From an uncultured Alphaproteobacteria bacterium (GTDB lineage Bacteria; Pseudomonadota; Alphaproteobacteria; Acetobacterales; Acetobacteraceae): a stretch of 64,000 nucleotides of DNA. The position numbers were made by a program, and so were the translations under genes. The stretch covers positions 474,507-538,506 of the forward strand of contig CAVWPS010000002.1 of NCBI GenBank assembly GCA_963756975.1, in the 5' to 3' direction. Positions 1 to 12,299 of the stretch are shown here, in pieces (within the stretch, counting starts at the first letter, position 1; every line of letters begins with the position of its first letter). Below the pieces are notes generated by a model, which did no database searches, was not told where the DNA came from, and saw only the letters and a program-made list of their open reading frames with translations.

Positions 1-264
1 CGCCTTTCGGTCAGCCGGCCACAGCGCCGGCTCGATCTCGGCGCAGTATTCCATGATCGCCAGGCTGTCCCAGACCTGGTTGCCGTCGTGGTGCAGGAAC
101 GGCACCGTCCCGGACGGAACCAGCGCCTTGATGGCCGGCGTCGTGCCGCCGGCCAGCGGAATCACCTCCGCGCGCACATCGAGCGCCGCCAGCCGCACGG
201 GAAGCCAGCCACGCAAACTCCACGACGAATAGCGCCGCGTCCCGATGTAAAAGGTTCCAGCCAC
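1..264 (-). CDS. Glutathione S-transferase family protein, N-terminal part (5' gene end in window, rest runs off the edge)
   Basis: Minus-strand translation VAGTFYIGTRRYSSWSLRGWLPVRLAALDVRAEVIPLAGG...MEYCAEIEPALWPAD is a thioredoxin-fold GST N-domain. GTG start at 262-264 lies 6 nt after AAGGAGG. The ORF-track frame 11..448 is a different, spurious frame. Confidence 0.55.
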   Translation of the reverse strand, partial: MAGTFYIGTRRYSSWSLRGWLPVRLAALDVRAEVIPLAGGTTPAIKALVPSGTVPFLHHDGNQVWDSLAIMEYCAEIEPALWPADRKA

Positions 265-335
265 GATACCTCCTTTGTCCTTGCCGTCCGCCGCGCGGCG
301 CGCGACGGTAAGGCAGCCAATCGTACAGGTGCCGC

Positions 336-1667
336 GTGAACGAAATCTCGCCCATCGTCCCGAACGACCTTGAGCCGTTCTGGATGCCATATACAAATAA
401 TCGCGGGTACAAACACACCCCGCGGCTGCTCAGCCGCGCGGAGGGCATGTATTACTACACCCCGGACGGGCGCGAAATCCTCGACGGCACCGCCGGCCTC
501 TGGTGCTGCAACGCGGGCCACGGCCGCCGCCAGATCACCGAGGCCATCCAGCGCCAGGCCGGGATCATGGACTACGCGCCGGCCTTCCAGCTCGGCCACC
601 CGATCGCCTTCGCCGCCGCCGCCAAGGTGGCCGAGCTGACGCCGGACGGGATGGACCACGTCTTCTTCACCAACTCCGGCAGCGAGGCCGCCGACACGGC
701 GCTGAAGATCGCGCTGGCGTACCACAAGGCGCGCGGCCAGGGGCAGCGGGTGCGCCTGGTCGGGCGCGAGCGCGGCTATCACGGGGTCGGCTTCGGCGGC
801 ATTTCGGTCGGCGGCATCGGCACCAACCGCAAGCAGTTCGGCGCGCAACTGCCGTATGTCGACCACCTGCCGCACACCCACGCGCCGGAGCACAACGCGT
901 TCAGCAAGGGCCAGCCCGCCTGGGGTGCCCACCTCGCGGACGCGCTCGACAACCTGATCCAGTTGCACGGCGCCGACACCATCGCGGCCGTGATGGTCGA
1001 GCCGCTGGCCGGCTCCACCGGCGTCCTGGTCCCGCCCGTCGGCTACCTGAACCGGCTGCGGGAGAAGTGCACCGAGCACGGCATCCTGCTGATCTTCGAC
1101 GAGGTCATCACCGGCTTCGGCCGCCTCGGCACCGCGTTCGGCTCGGAGCGGCTCGGCGTCACCCCCGACATCATCACGATGGCCAAGGGGCTCACCAACG
1201 CCGCCGTCCCGATGGGTGCGGTCGCCTGCTCGGGCGACGTCTACCACTCGATCGTCGACGGCGCGCCGGCCGGGATCGAGCTGTTCCACGGCTACACCTA
1301 CTCCGGCCACCCGCTCGCCAGCGCGGCCGCGATCGCCGCGATCGACCTGCACCGCACCGAGGACCTGCCCGGCCGCGCGCTCGCCATGGAGGCCCCGTTC
1401 GAGGCCGCCATCCACGGCTTGCGCGACCTGCCGAACGTGGTCGACATCCGCAACATGGGCCTCGTCGCCGGGATCGAGCTGGTGCCGCTCCCCGGCAAGC
1501 CGACCCAGCGCGCGGTCCAGATCTTCCAACACTGCTTCGACGAGGGCCTGCTGATCCGCACCACCGGCGACACCATCGCGCTGAGCCCGCCGCTCATCAT
1601 CGAGCAGGGGCACATCGACCGGATCGCGGAGACGCTGCGGAAGGTGATCATGGCGGTGGCGGCCTAA
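336..1667 (+). CDS. Class-III (omega) aminotransferase, omega-amino acid:pyruvate / beta-alanine-pyruvate transaminase-like
   Basis: 443 aa. PLP-fold motifs: DGTAGLWCCNAGHGR, FFTNSGSEAADTALK, LIFDEVITGFGRLG, TMAKGLTNAAVPMGA (Lys in TMAK). GTG start at 336. Confidence 0.85.
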   Translation: MNEISPIVPNDLEPFWMPYTNNRGYKHTPRLLSRAEGMYYYTPDGREILDGTAGLWCCNAGHGRRQITEAIQRQAGIMDYAPAFQLGHPIAFAAAAKVAELTPDGMDHVFFTNSGSEAADTALKIALAYHKARGQGQRVRLVGRERGYHGVGFGGISVGGIGTNRKQFGAQLPYVDHLPHTHAPEHNAFSKGQPAWGAHLADALDNLIQLHGADTIAAVMVEPLAGSTGVLVPPVGYLNRLREKCTEHGILLIFDEVITGFGRLGTAFGSERLGVTPDIITMAKGLTNAAVPMGAVACSGDVYHSIVDGAPAGIELFHGYTYSGHPLASAAAIAAIDLHRTEDLPGRALAMEAPFEAAIHGLRDLPNVVDIRNMGLVAGIELVPLPGKPTQRAVQIFQHCFDEGLLIRTTGDTIALSPPLIIEQGHIDRIAETLRKVIMAVAA

Positions 1668-1693
1668 AGCCGCCTGCCGTCGGGTAAAAACGC

Positions 1694-1728
1694 ACGGAGA
1701 CGTGGCCCACGAGCGGCCACGTCTCCCG
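1694..1728. terminator. Bidirectional rho-independent-type hairpin between convergent aminotransferase and MFS genes
   Basis: Perfect 12-bp inverted repeat GGAGACGTGGCC-cacgagc-GGCCACGTCTCC. No T-tract follows, which is common in high-GC genomes. Confidence 0.45.
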
Positions 1729-1732
1729 TCGC

Positions 1733-2917
1733 TTAAATCCGCCTCACCCGCGCGAACACGGCTGCCGCAGTCAGCAACAGCAGGATGCCTCCGGCCGCGA
1801 AGACGCCCGTCACGCCGCTAAAACTGAAGATCGATCCGCCCAGGGCCGCACCGACCGCGATGGCGACCTGCACCGATGCGACCAGGATCCCGCCCGCACT
1901 TTCGGTCTCGTCCGGAACGGCCCGCGCGCTCCAGGTCGACCACCCGACCGGCACCGCGCCGAATGCCATGCCCCAGGCTGCGACCATGACCACGCGGGCG
2001 GGCAGCCCGAGATGCAGTGTCGCGAGCCCCAATCCGACAGCGCCGATCACCAGCGGCGCGATCGTCAGCGTCAGGCGCAGGCTGCGTTCGATGAGAACGC
2101 CGGCCAGAATGGTGCCGGCGAAATTCGCCACGCCGAAGCCGAGCAGCATCAGGGCGATGCCATTGGCGTCGACCTCGGCGATCCGTTCGAGGAACGGCCG
2201 CACGTAGGTGAACATCGTGAAATGCCCGCCGAATACGAGAAGGCAGGCGATCACGCCGAACGTGAGGCCGGGCCGCCGCAAGACCGCCACCAGCGTATCG
2301 AGGCGCGCGACATGGTTGGACGATAGTTTCGGCAGAAACATCGACTGGCCGACCAGCGCCACCACGCCGATGAGCGCCGCGAACAGAAACACGCTGCGCC
2401 AGCCGTAGATGCCGCCGAGATAGCTGCCGAGCGGCACCGCCACGATCGTCGCGACCGAGACGCCGCTGAACAGGATCGACAGCGCGCGCGGGACCATGGG
2501 CCCTGGCACCAACCTGATCGCGACGGCTGTCGCCATGCTCCAGAACCCACCCAGGGCGATGCCCAGAAACACCCGGGCGAGCAGCAGCGTGACGAGGTTG
2601 GGGGATATCGCGACCAGAAGGTTGGAGACGATCAGCAGCACCGAAAAGCCTGTCAGCACGAGCCGGCGGTCCAGCTTGCGGGTCAAGGAGGCGGCGAGAA
2701 GTGCCGCGACGAATGCGACCACCGCCGTCGCGGTGACAGCTTGCCCGGCCAGGCCTTCCGACACGTTCAGGCTCGCCGCCATGGGCGTCAGCAGGCTTGC
2801 CGGCAGGAACTCGGCGGTGACCAGGCTGAACACACCCAGCGTCAGGGAGAAGACGGCCGGCCAGGACGCCCGCTCCGGCATGTCCCCTGCCCAAGCCTGT
2901 TCGACATATTCACTCAT
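1733..2917 (-). CDS. MFS transporter (DHA1 / sugar-efflux-like, 12 TM)
   Basis: About 394 aa, hydrophobic 12-TM pattern with an MFS-style loop (LTRKLDRRLVLTGFS). Start chosen at MSEYVEQ (2917) rather than the ORF-track start at 2950. Confidence 0.8.
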   Translation of the reverse strand: MSEYVEQAWAGDMPERASWPAVFSLTLGVFSLVTAEFLPASLLTPMAASLNVSEGLAGQAVTATAVVAFVAALLAASLTRKLDRRLVLTGFSVLLIVSNLLVAISPNLVTLLLARVFLGIALGGFWSMATAVAIRLVPGPMVPRALSILFSGVSVATIVAVPLGSYLGGIYGWRSVFLFAALIGVVALVGQSMFLPKLSSNHVARLDTLVAVLRRPGLTFGVIACLLVFGGHFTMFTYVRPFLERIAEVDANGIALMLLGFGVANFAGTILAGVLIERSLRLTLTIAPLVIGAVGLGLATLHLGLPARVVMVAAWGMAFGAVPVGWSTWSARAVPDETESAGGILVASVQVAIAVGAALGGSIFSFSGVTGVFAAGGILLLLTAAAVFARVRRI

Positions 2918-3009
2918 CACGCGGTACCTCGGTTCGATCTTGCAGCGCACAATATACTGGGCGTTCCGGACGATCTATGACAGGAAGTCCGTTCTGCTTG
3001 ACCGGGAGT

Positions 3010-3987
3010 ATGGAAATGTCGCTGTCGCAGGGATCTCCGCCCCCGCTCGACCTCATGAGCGAGCTTCTGCTCGGCATGCGTCTGCGCGGCATCGACTACC
3101 GCCGGATCGAGGTGGCGCCACCGTTCGGCCTCAGCTTCGACGACATCGCGCACCGTGCCCATCTGCACGTCGTCGTCGCCGGCACGGTCGTTCTGCGCGG
3201 GACCCATGGTGCCATGTCCAGCTTGCCGGCCGGCACAGCCGTCTTCCTGCCGCATGGCGGCGCCCACCAGCTGCTTTCCGCAGCCGACGTGCCCTCCCGC
3301 GATATCGCGACCTTCGCGAGCGAGCCGGTCTGCGACGCGCTGTCCGACATCAAGGATTGCGCCGGCAAACCCGGCTGTCCCGAAAACACCATCGTCTTCA
3401 GCAGCTGCATGGAGTTCGATCTCGGCGGCATGCAGCGCCTCGTGCATCTCATGCCGGAAGCCATGATCGTGGGCACGCTGTCGGAGCGTCATCCCGAAGT
3501 CTTGCCGATCGTCGGCGCCATGGAGAACGAGGTTCGCGGCCGGCGGATCGGCTATGCCGGCATCCTCGCGCGGCTCGCGGACGTGCTGTCCGCGATCATC
3601 GTGCGCGGCTGGATCGAGTGCGGCTGCGACGGCGCATCGGGCTTGGTCGACGCGTTGCGCGACCCGCGCCTCGCCGGCGCCATCGCGGCATTGCATCGCG
3701 AGCCCGGCCGGAACTGGACGCTGGCCGGTCTCGCGGCCGAAACCGGCAGCTCCCGCTCGGTGTTCGCGGAACGCTTCCACACCGTCACCGGCGTCACACC
3801 GCTCCGCTACGCGGCAGAACTCCGCATGCGCCTCGCGACACAGTGGATCGGCAGCGACCACGTGCCGATCGATACCGTCGCCCATCGCCTCGGCTACGCG
3901 TCGCAGGCCGCGTTCAGCCGGGCGTTCAAGCGCGTGACGGGGCACCCGCCGGGCAGCACGCGGGCGCAGTTGGCCGGCAGGTCGTAG
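3010..3987 (+). CDS. AraC family transcriptional regulator (cupin sensor N-domain + AraC HTH)
   Basis: Divergent from the MFS gene. C-terminal AraC HTH signature (YASQAAFSRAFKRVTGHPP; RYAAELRMRLA). GGGAG lies 4 nt before the ATG at 3010; the ORF-track start is 2977. Confidence 0.8.
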   Translation: MEMSLSQGSPPPLDLMSELLLGMRLRGIDYRRIEVAPPFGLSFDDIAHRAHLHVVVAGTVVLRGTHGAMSSLPAGTAVFLPHGGAHQLLSAADVPSRDIATFASEPVCDALSDIKDCAGKPGCPENTIVFSSCMEFDLGGMQRLVHLMPEAMIVGTLSERHPEVLPIVGAMENEVRGRRIGYAGILARLADVLSAIIVRGWIECGCDGASGLVDALRDPRLAGAIAALHREPGRNWTLAGLAAETGSSRSVFAERFHTVTGVTPLRYAAELRMRLATQWIGSDHVPIDTVAHRLGYASQAAFSRAFKRVTGHPPGSTRAQLAGRS

Positions 3988-4115
3988 CCTCCGCTACCGG
4001 CAGCCTGGCCCGCGCGGGTAAGCGCCCGGTCATGCTGGGCTGCGCTAGGTCGTAATGCGTGCCGCCGCTATTCGGCGTTGGACGCCCGGCGCATCGCCGA
4101 GAAGGACGCGGCCGC

Positions 4116-4562
4116 ATGAGAGCCATCCATAAGGAAAGCCATCTGATCTCGCGCATCGGATGGCTGCGGGCCGCAGTCCTGGGTGCCAACGACGGGATCA
4201 TCTCGACCGCGAGCCTGATCCTGGGCGTCGCGTCGGCCGCCACATCCGGCAACGAAGCCTTGATCGCCGGTGTCGCCGGGCAGGTCGCCGGCGCGATGTC
4301 GATGGCGGCCGGCGAATACGTCTCGGTCAGCTCGCAATCCGATACCGAAAAAGCCGACATCGCGCGTGAAACGAAGGAACTCGCGAGCGACCCGGACAGC
4401 GAGACGGAGGAACTCGCGCAGATCTACGCCGCCCGTGGGGTTGAGATCGCGCTTGCGCGGCAGGTCGCCGTTCAGCTCATGACGAAGGACGCGCTGGGCG
4501 CGCACTCGCACGACGAACTCGGGATTTCGGACTGCCCTCGCCAAGCAGGGCTGCACCTATGA
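4116..4562 (+). pseudogene. VIT1/CCC1 family iron/manganese transporter, C-terminally truncated
   Basis: LRAAVLGANDGIISTASLILGVASAA plus DELGIS are VIT family hallmarks. The ORF stops after ~148 aa, before the C-terminal TM helices that intact homologues (~230 aa) carry. No continuation was found in any frame. A ~200-bp lower-GC stretch follows at 4560-4760. Confidence 0.45.
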
Positions 4563-4757
4563 CCACCCAGCCGAAGCCGATATGCAAAAATAGCAAGGAG
4601 CGGTTCTGCACCAGTGGCAGTCCCGCGCCAGCGCGCCATTCGCCAAAAATTGAACCCCCGCGCCGAGTAGCAATAGACCGCCGACGGACGGTGCTCTGAA
4701 GCTCTACCACAATGCCTGCGCTCACGGATCTAGCGTTCGAATTCCCAGGCTGGCGCG

Positions 4758-5576
4758 TCAGCCAAGTGCCTTGATGACCAGATCGGCCATGGCAAGCCCC
4801 GAGCTGCCCTGCTGGCCGGTGATCAGGCGCCCGTCTGCAACGGCGTGCGGGCGGTAGGCGGGGCCCTGAACGAAGATCCCCGCATCCAGGCGTCTCGCCT
4901 CGTCCTCGATGCGGAACGGCTGGAACCGGCGGCCCATGACCCGGTCCACCACGTCCTCCTCGGCATTGGTGTAGCCGGTCCAGCGCCGGCCCGCCGCAAG
5001 CAGCGTGCCGTCGGGGCGCCGGGCGCGAAGCAGGATGCAGGTGCCGTGGCAGATTGCGGCCGACACCTTCCCGGCCTCGTGGAACGCCACGAACAGCCTC
5101 TGCAACGCCTCGTCGCCCATGAAGGTGGTGGGCGGGGCAAAGCCGCCGACGACGAAGATGGCATCGAAGTCCTCGACCCGGATTGCCGAGATCGGCCGCG
5201 TGGCAAGCAGGTCCGCTGTCACGGCAGGGGCGGACTTGAAGCCCCAGGAGACATAGTCGCGCGGGTTCGCGAAGCGTCCGCCATCCGGGTCGCTCATCGC
5301 GTCGTGCCGCACCGCGCCGCCCTGTGGCGAGGCGAATGCCAGCGTCCATCCGAGCTGCGCGAAGGCCCAGGCGGGATGCGCCAGCTCCGGTAGCCAGTAG
5401 CCCAGCGGGGCGTTGTCGGGCGCCATGGCGGCGGGGTTCGAGACGACGAACACGACCCTGCGCGGCGGGGCGACGGCCTGTGCCCGGGCCTGGCGGATGC
5501 GCAGCATCGGCAGGGCGGCTGCGGCAATGCCGGACGCAAGGACGGCGCGGCGGCTGGACAGCATCTTGTGGGTCAT
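4758..5576 (-). CDS. DJ-1/PfpI family protein (type-1 glutamine amidotransferase-like) with Tat/Sec signal
   Basis: 272 aa. N-terminus SRRAVLASGIAAAALPMLRIRQARA is a twin-arginine signal. DJ-1 fold motifs: VVGGFAPPTT, AAICHG (nucleophile-elbow Cys-His). Its start overlaps the upstream stop (ATGA). Confidence 0.8.
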   Translation of the reverse strand: MTHKMLSSRRAVLASGIAAAALPMLRIRQARAQAVAPPRRVVFVVSNPAAMAPDNAPLGYWLPELAHPAWAFAQLGWTLAFASPQGGAVRHDAMSDPDGGRFANPRDYVSWGFKSAPAVTADLLATRPISAIRVEDFDAIFVVGGFAPPTTFMGDEALQRLFVAFHEAGKVSAAICHGTCILLRARRPDGTLLAAGRRWTGYTNAEEDVVDRVMGRRFQPFRIEDEARRLDAGIFVQGPAYRPHAVADGRLITGQQGSSGLAMADLVIKALG

Positions 5577-5953
5577 GAGCGGGTCCTGTCTTGAAGCCGG
5601 GCATGGTTGGCCCGAAACAATGCGAGCGCCTCGGACGCCGTCGCATCGACGACGCCAAGGTGCAGCCAGCCTTCGTATCCGGGCCAGGGCGCCGAATGGC
5701 CCACGCCACGCGCGAGCGCCGCGTCCCGCATGGCGCGGGTCATCGCGATATGCGCCTCGCCGCTCAGATGGATGTGGCCGAGTTCGTGCTCACCCACGTA
5801 GAAGTCGGCGCCGTCGATCTCGCCGGAGCGATAAAGGTGCCAATGGGCGCGGGCGATCACGCCTGGCCAGGTGGCGATCTCGGCGGCGACCGGCCCCGCG
5901 AACCCGGCAAGGGCTGGGGCGGGCGCGAAAGGTCCCTTCTCCTCCATCCGCAT
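5573..5953 (-). CDS. Small cupin-like 'luciferase-domain' family protein (function unknown)
   Basis: 126 aa, MRMEEKGPF...HWHLYRSGEIDGADFYVGEHELGHIHLSGEAHI. His-rich cupin-type motif. Coupled to both flanking genes by 4-nt start/stop overlaps. Family assignment is from memory. Confidence 0.5.
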   Translation of the reverse strand: MRMEEKGPFAPAPALAGFAGPVAAEIATWPGVIARAHWHLYRSGEIDGADFYVGEHELGHIHLSGEAHIAMTRAMRDAALARGVGHSAPWPGYEGWLHLGVVDATASEALALFRANHARLQDRTRS

Positions 5954-6978
5954 CAGACGCGGGCCTCGAGCCACGGGAGCAGCTCCGCGACGGCGAGATC
6001 GACGATCTCGGGGTCGTCGTAAAAGCGGGTGTGGAACACGCCCGGCACGATCACCAGCCTGCGGTCCGCGACCGTCAGTGCGTCGTGCATGGTCTGGGCG
6101 GCGACGACGAACCCGTCCGATTGCTCGCCGTGCACGATCAGCGTCGGCACGCGCAGGGCCGCGGCGGCGGTCCGGACATCGACGGTCCAGATGTCGGCGT
6201 CGCTTTCGGCCGTGACACGGTTTTCCCAGCCGGTCCGGGCGCCCCAGCCGATGCCGTCCCATCGGGCATACCAGTCGTTGATCTGCGGCCATGGCAGGGC
6301 GACGGCCTTGTCGGAGGGATCGATGACCCGGATGTATTCGACGGGGCCACCGGCGAGTTGCCGCGCCTTGGCGGCCCGGCCCCTCGCGATCCGTTCGTCG
6401 AGCGTCGGACCGCCGCCACCGAAGAAGCCTTCGAGGTTCTCCCGGTAGAGGTATTGGCCGGAGACGCAGGCCAGGGCCTTGATCCGTGTGTCGTGACCCG
6501 CCGCGATCATCATGTAGCTGGCGCCCTGGCAGATCCCGAGACCTGCGATGCGGCCCGCGTCCACGCCGGGATCGGCCGCAAGGGCCTCGATGGCGGCGGC
6601 GATGTCGGCGGTGCGGCCGGCCGGGCTTTCCGACCGGCGGGGTGTTCCCGCGCTCTGGCCGCTGCCATGGGCGTCGAAGACGAGGCAGGCATAGCCGGCC
6701 TCCGCCAAACGCGTCGCATACTGCGTCGGCGACTGCTCCTTCACCGAACCGAACGGCCCGGTGATGACGATGCCCGGCACGCGGCCCGATCCGGTGGGGC
6801 GAAACACGACGCCGGCCAGTTCGGCGCCCCGGCTTTGAAAACGCAGTTCACTTCGGCGCCAGCCACGGGAAGCCGTGGCGCCGAGTGCCGAGCCATGCGG
6901 CGCGGCCACGAGTGCGGCGCCGGCCGCGGCGGCACGGAACAGGGAGCGGCGCATCGAAGGTGCGAGGAGGTCGGGCAT
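5953..6978 (-). CDS. Alpha/beta hydrolase, dienelactone-hydrolase-like (Cys nucleophile), secreted
   Basis: Signal-like N-terminus MPDLLAPSMRRSLFRAAAAGAALVAAPHGSA. The nucleophile elbow GLGICQGASY (G-x-C-x-G) resembles dienelactone hydrolase. An alternative GTG start lies at 6987. Confidence 0.7.
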   Translation of the reverse strand: MPDLLAPSMRRSLFRAAAAGAALVAAPHGSALGATASRGWRRSELRFQSRGAELAGVVFRPTGSGRVPGIVITGPFGSVKEQSPTQYATRLAEAGYACLVFDAHGSGQSAGTPRRSESPAGRTADIAAAIEALAADPGVDAGRIAGLGICQGASYMMIAAGHDTRIKALACVSGQYLYRENLEGFFGGGGPTLDERIARGRAAKARQLAGGPVEYIRVIDPSDKAVALPWPQINDWYARWDGIGWGARTGWENRVTAESDADIWTVDVRTAAAALRVPTLIVHGEQSDGFVVAAQTMHDALTVADRRLVIVPGVFHTRFYDDPEIVDLAVAELLPWLEARV

Positions 6979-7062
6979 GGGTCCCACGACTTTCAGTTGA
7001 CGACGGGCCGCACATTGGCCAGTCGATCAGCCTGCGTCTAATGGCATGATCGGAATTCGGTA

Positions 7063-7998
7063 ATGCGCGAAGTGGATTTCTTAAAGGTCGATCTGAACCT
7101 GCTCGTGATATTGCGGGCGCTTCTCCAGACCCGGAGCGTGAGCCTGACGGCGGAACGGCTGGGCCTGAGCCAGCCTGCCGTAAGCCGCGCCCTGGCGCGT
7201 TTGCGCGGCCAGTTCGGCGACCGGCTGCTGATCAAGGGGGGACAATCGATGACCCCCACCCGCTTTGCCGAGCAGATCGCCGGCCCGCTCTCAGGCGCGC
7301 TGTCGGGCCTCGAGACGTTTCTGGATGGTGATCCCGCTTTCGATCCCGCGACGACGGAACGGGTCTTTCGGATCGCCACGACCGACTACGGCGCCATCGC
7401 GGTGATGCCGGGCGTGCTGCCGCTTCTGCGCGCGGCGGCACCTTCGGCGGGAATGGAGCTCGTTCCGTTCAATAGGGAGGCGTTTCGAAAACTTGGCGAG
7501 GGCGATCTTGATATCGTTCTCTACTCCGACGATCCGGTCGCGCCCCATCTGCACAAAGGCCTGCTGTTCACGGAGGATTATGTGTGTGTCGTCCGCGCCG
7601 GGCATCCCGTGATCAAGGCCTGCGACGAAGATCGGATTCCTCTGGACGATTATCTTGCCCATGGACACGCGCTGGTGACCGTTTTCGGTGGGCGAAGCGG
7701 CGTAATCGACGATGCGCTGGCCCAGCTCGGCCGACGCCGGCATATCGCGATCTGGCTGCCCTATTTCGCAACGGCCGCGCTTCTCGCTGCCGCCTCGGAC
7801 CTTGTGCTGACCGTGCCGCGCCGTGTCGCGGTCGCATCGGCCGCACAGCTTGGCCTCGTGATTCTGCATCCCCCATTCAACCTTGATCCGTTTGGCTACC
7901 AGCTTGTCTGGCACGAGCGGACAGACGGGGATGCCGGATGCGTATGGCTTAGAAGCCTGTGCCTTTCTGCTATGGGTGTGGGTGCTAATCCGAAATGA
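7063..7998 (+). CDS. LysR family transcriptional regulator
   Basis: N-terminal HTH LNLLVILRALLQTRSVSLTAERLGLSQPAVSRALARLR. Divergent from the hydrolase/DJ-1 operon, the classic LysR arrangement. Confidence 0.85.
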   Translation: MREVDFLKVDLNLLVILRALLQTRSVSLTAERLGLSQPAVSRALARLRGQFGDRLLIKGGQSMTPTRFAEQIAGPLSGALSGLETFLDGDPAFDPATTERVFRIATTDYGAIAVMPGVLPLLRAAAPSAGMELVPFNREAFRKLGEGDLDIVLYSDDPVAPHLHKGLLFTEDYVCVVRAGHPVIKACDEDRIPLDDYLAHGHALVTVFGGRSGVIDDALAQLGRRRHIAIWLPYFATAALLAAASDLVLTVPRRVAVASAAQLGLVILHPPFNLDPFGYQLVWHERTDGDAGCVWLRSLCLSAMGVGANPK

Positions 7999-8266
7999 CG
8001 GCAAACACGAGTTTGACGTCATCGGCCGCCACTCCCGTGCAAAGGATGGCAAGCCCTGGCGTTTTTCCTGCGACAAACCCTATCGGATTGACGCTTAAAC
8101 GGCTGCGATGGTCGCCTCGCGCCGATCGAGCGCCCTTGGCACCAAGCCGCCACCACGAGCGACGACGTCCGCCGTCCAAGGTCAACCACCTGCCCGAGCC
8201 GATGCGAAGCCGACGCGGTGTGCGCGGCGCATGGCGTTTCGGACAGATGTTGCGCGGCCCGCCGGC

Positions 8267-9123
8267 CTACCCCGAAAACACCACCGTCGTGTTCCCGTTC
8301 AGCAGAACCCGGTCCTCCAGATGATGCCGGATCGCCCGCGCCAGCACCCGCCGCTCGATGTCCCGCCCCTTCCGCACCAGATCGTCCGGCGTGTCGCGGT
8401 GCGTGATCGGCTCCACGTCCTGCTCGATGATCGGCCCCTCGTCGAGGTTCGCGGTCACGTAGTGCGCCGTGGCCCCGATCAGTTTTACCCCGCGCGCGTG
8501 CGCCTGATGGTACGGCTTGGCACCCTTGAAGCCCGGCAGAAACGAGTGGTGGATGTTGATGCAGCGCCCGACGAGTTTCGCGGTCAGCCCGTCCGACAGC
8601 ACCTGCATGTAGCGCGCGAGCACGATCAGGTCGGCGTGGCTGTCGCGGATCGCCTCCCAGATTTGCGCCTCCTGCTCGAGCTTGGTCTCCTTGGTGACCG
8701 GCAGGTAGTGGAACGCGATACCGTCGAGATCGAGGTGCGCGTAGGTCTCGCGCGGGTGGTTGCTGATGATGCCGACGACATCCATCGACAGCTCGCCGAG
8801 CCGCCAGCGGTACAGCAGGTCGGTCAGGCAGTGGTCGAAGCGGGACACCATCAGCATCACCCGCTGCCGCTCCGCACTCGTCCGCAGCCGCCACGCCATG
8901 CCGAATTTGTCGGCGACCGGCGCGAAGCCGGCCCGTAACGCCGTGAAGTCGACGCTCTCGCCGACGGTGTTGACGACGACGCGCATGAAAAACCGGCCGC
9001 TCTCGGTCGAGTCGAACTGGCTCGCGTCCAGAATGTTGCAGCCGGCCTCGAACAAATAGCCGGCGACGGCGGCGACGATGCCCGGGCGGTTGCGGCAGGA
9101 CAGGGTCAGAACGGCGGTTTCGG

Positions 9124-9127
<4 letters not shown>
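8267..9127 (-). CDS. purU: Formyltetrahydrofolate deformylase
   Basis: 286 aa, [38 protein letters not shown] (ACT domain) followed by a formyltransferase domain ([23 protein letters not shown]). The ATG at 9125-9127 overlaps the valS stop (ATGA). Confidence 0.9.
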
Positions 9128-11787
<2,660 letters not shown>

Positions 11788-11788
11788 G

Positions 11789-12268
11789 CTAGGACGCGGA
11801 GCGGGCGACGAGGCGCTCGATCTCGGCCGCGACCAGGCGCTCCACCAGCGGCGGCAGATGGTTGTCGAGCCACGCCTTCAGCACCGGCCGCAATTCGTCG
11901 CGCACGATGTCTTCCAGGGTCGGCCCGGCACCGCCGCGGTTGACGGCCAGCGTCGCCCGCGCCTCGATCGTGCGGCGGAGCGAGCCCATGGCGTTCGTCG
12001 TCGCAGCCTCGGCTTCCGGGGCCACGATCGTCGGCCCCACGGTTTTCGGGTGGTCGGCCGGCTCGGGCATGTGCGGTTCCAAAGAAGGCTCGAATGACGA
12101 GGGTGCGGGCGGCGTCACGAGCATCGAATCGTCGAGGTCGAGCACGTCGTCGGCGGGCGGCGGGGTCACCGCCTGCTCCTCCTCGCTCAGAATGCGTCGG
12201 ATCGAGGCCAGGATGTCGTCCATCGAAGGGTCGGGCTCGGCACCCGGTTTCACGCCCGGTCCGGTCAT
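11789..12268 (-). CDS. popZ: PopZ/DUF2497 family protein (polar organizing protein homologue)
   Basis: N-terminal MDDILASIRRILSEEE, a Pro-rich middle, and a conserved C-terminal helix TLEDIVRDELRPVLKAWLDNHLPPLVERLV. Its position directly upstream of valS matches the known alphaproteobacterial synteny. Confidence 0.6.
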   Translation of the reverse strand: MTGPGVKPGAEPDPSMDDILASIRRILSEEEQAVTPPPADDVLDLDDSMLVTPPAPSSFEPSLEPHMPEPADHPKTVGPTIVAPEAEAATTNAMGSLRRTIEARATLAVNRGGAGPTLEDIVRDELRPVLKAWLDNHLPPLVERLVAAEIERLVARSAS

Positions 12269-12299
12269 CGCGCTGATGGCCGGCGGTCGGCGGCGGGCG

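Noticed and set aside
11-448. ORF-track frame for the first gene
   Set aside because: The GST-like protein is in the neighbouring frame, which starts at a GTG preceded by AAGGAGG.
162-1613. 483-aa minus-strand ORF and many similar long ORFs (e.g. 2496..4055+, 5413..7041+, 9712..11943+, 11862..13793+, 15579..18020-, 16232..18280+, 17790..19802+, 35621..37924+, 44249..46651+, 48195..50516+, 51609..55325-, 55471..59922+)
   Set aside because: Their products are Arg/Ala/Gly/Pro-rich and low in complexity. They lie antisense or out of frame to well-supported genes. They are the expected stop-codon-poor shadow frames of ~70% GC DNA.
8019-8938. ORFs 8019..8894(-) and 8108..8938(+) overlapping purU
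   Set aside because: Shadow frames within the strongly supported purU coding region.
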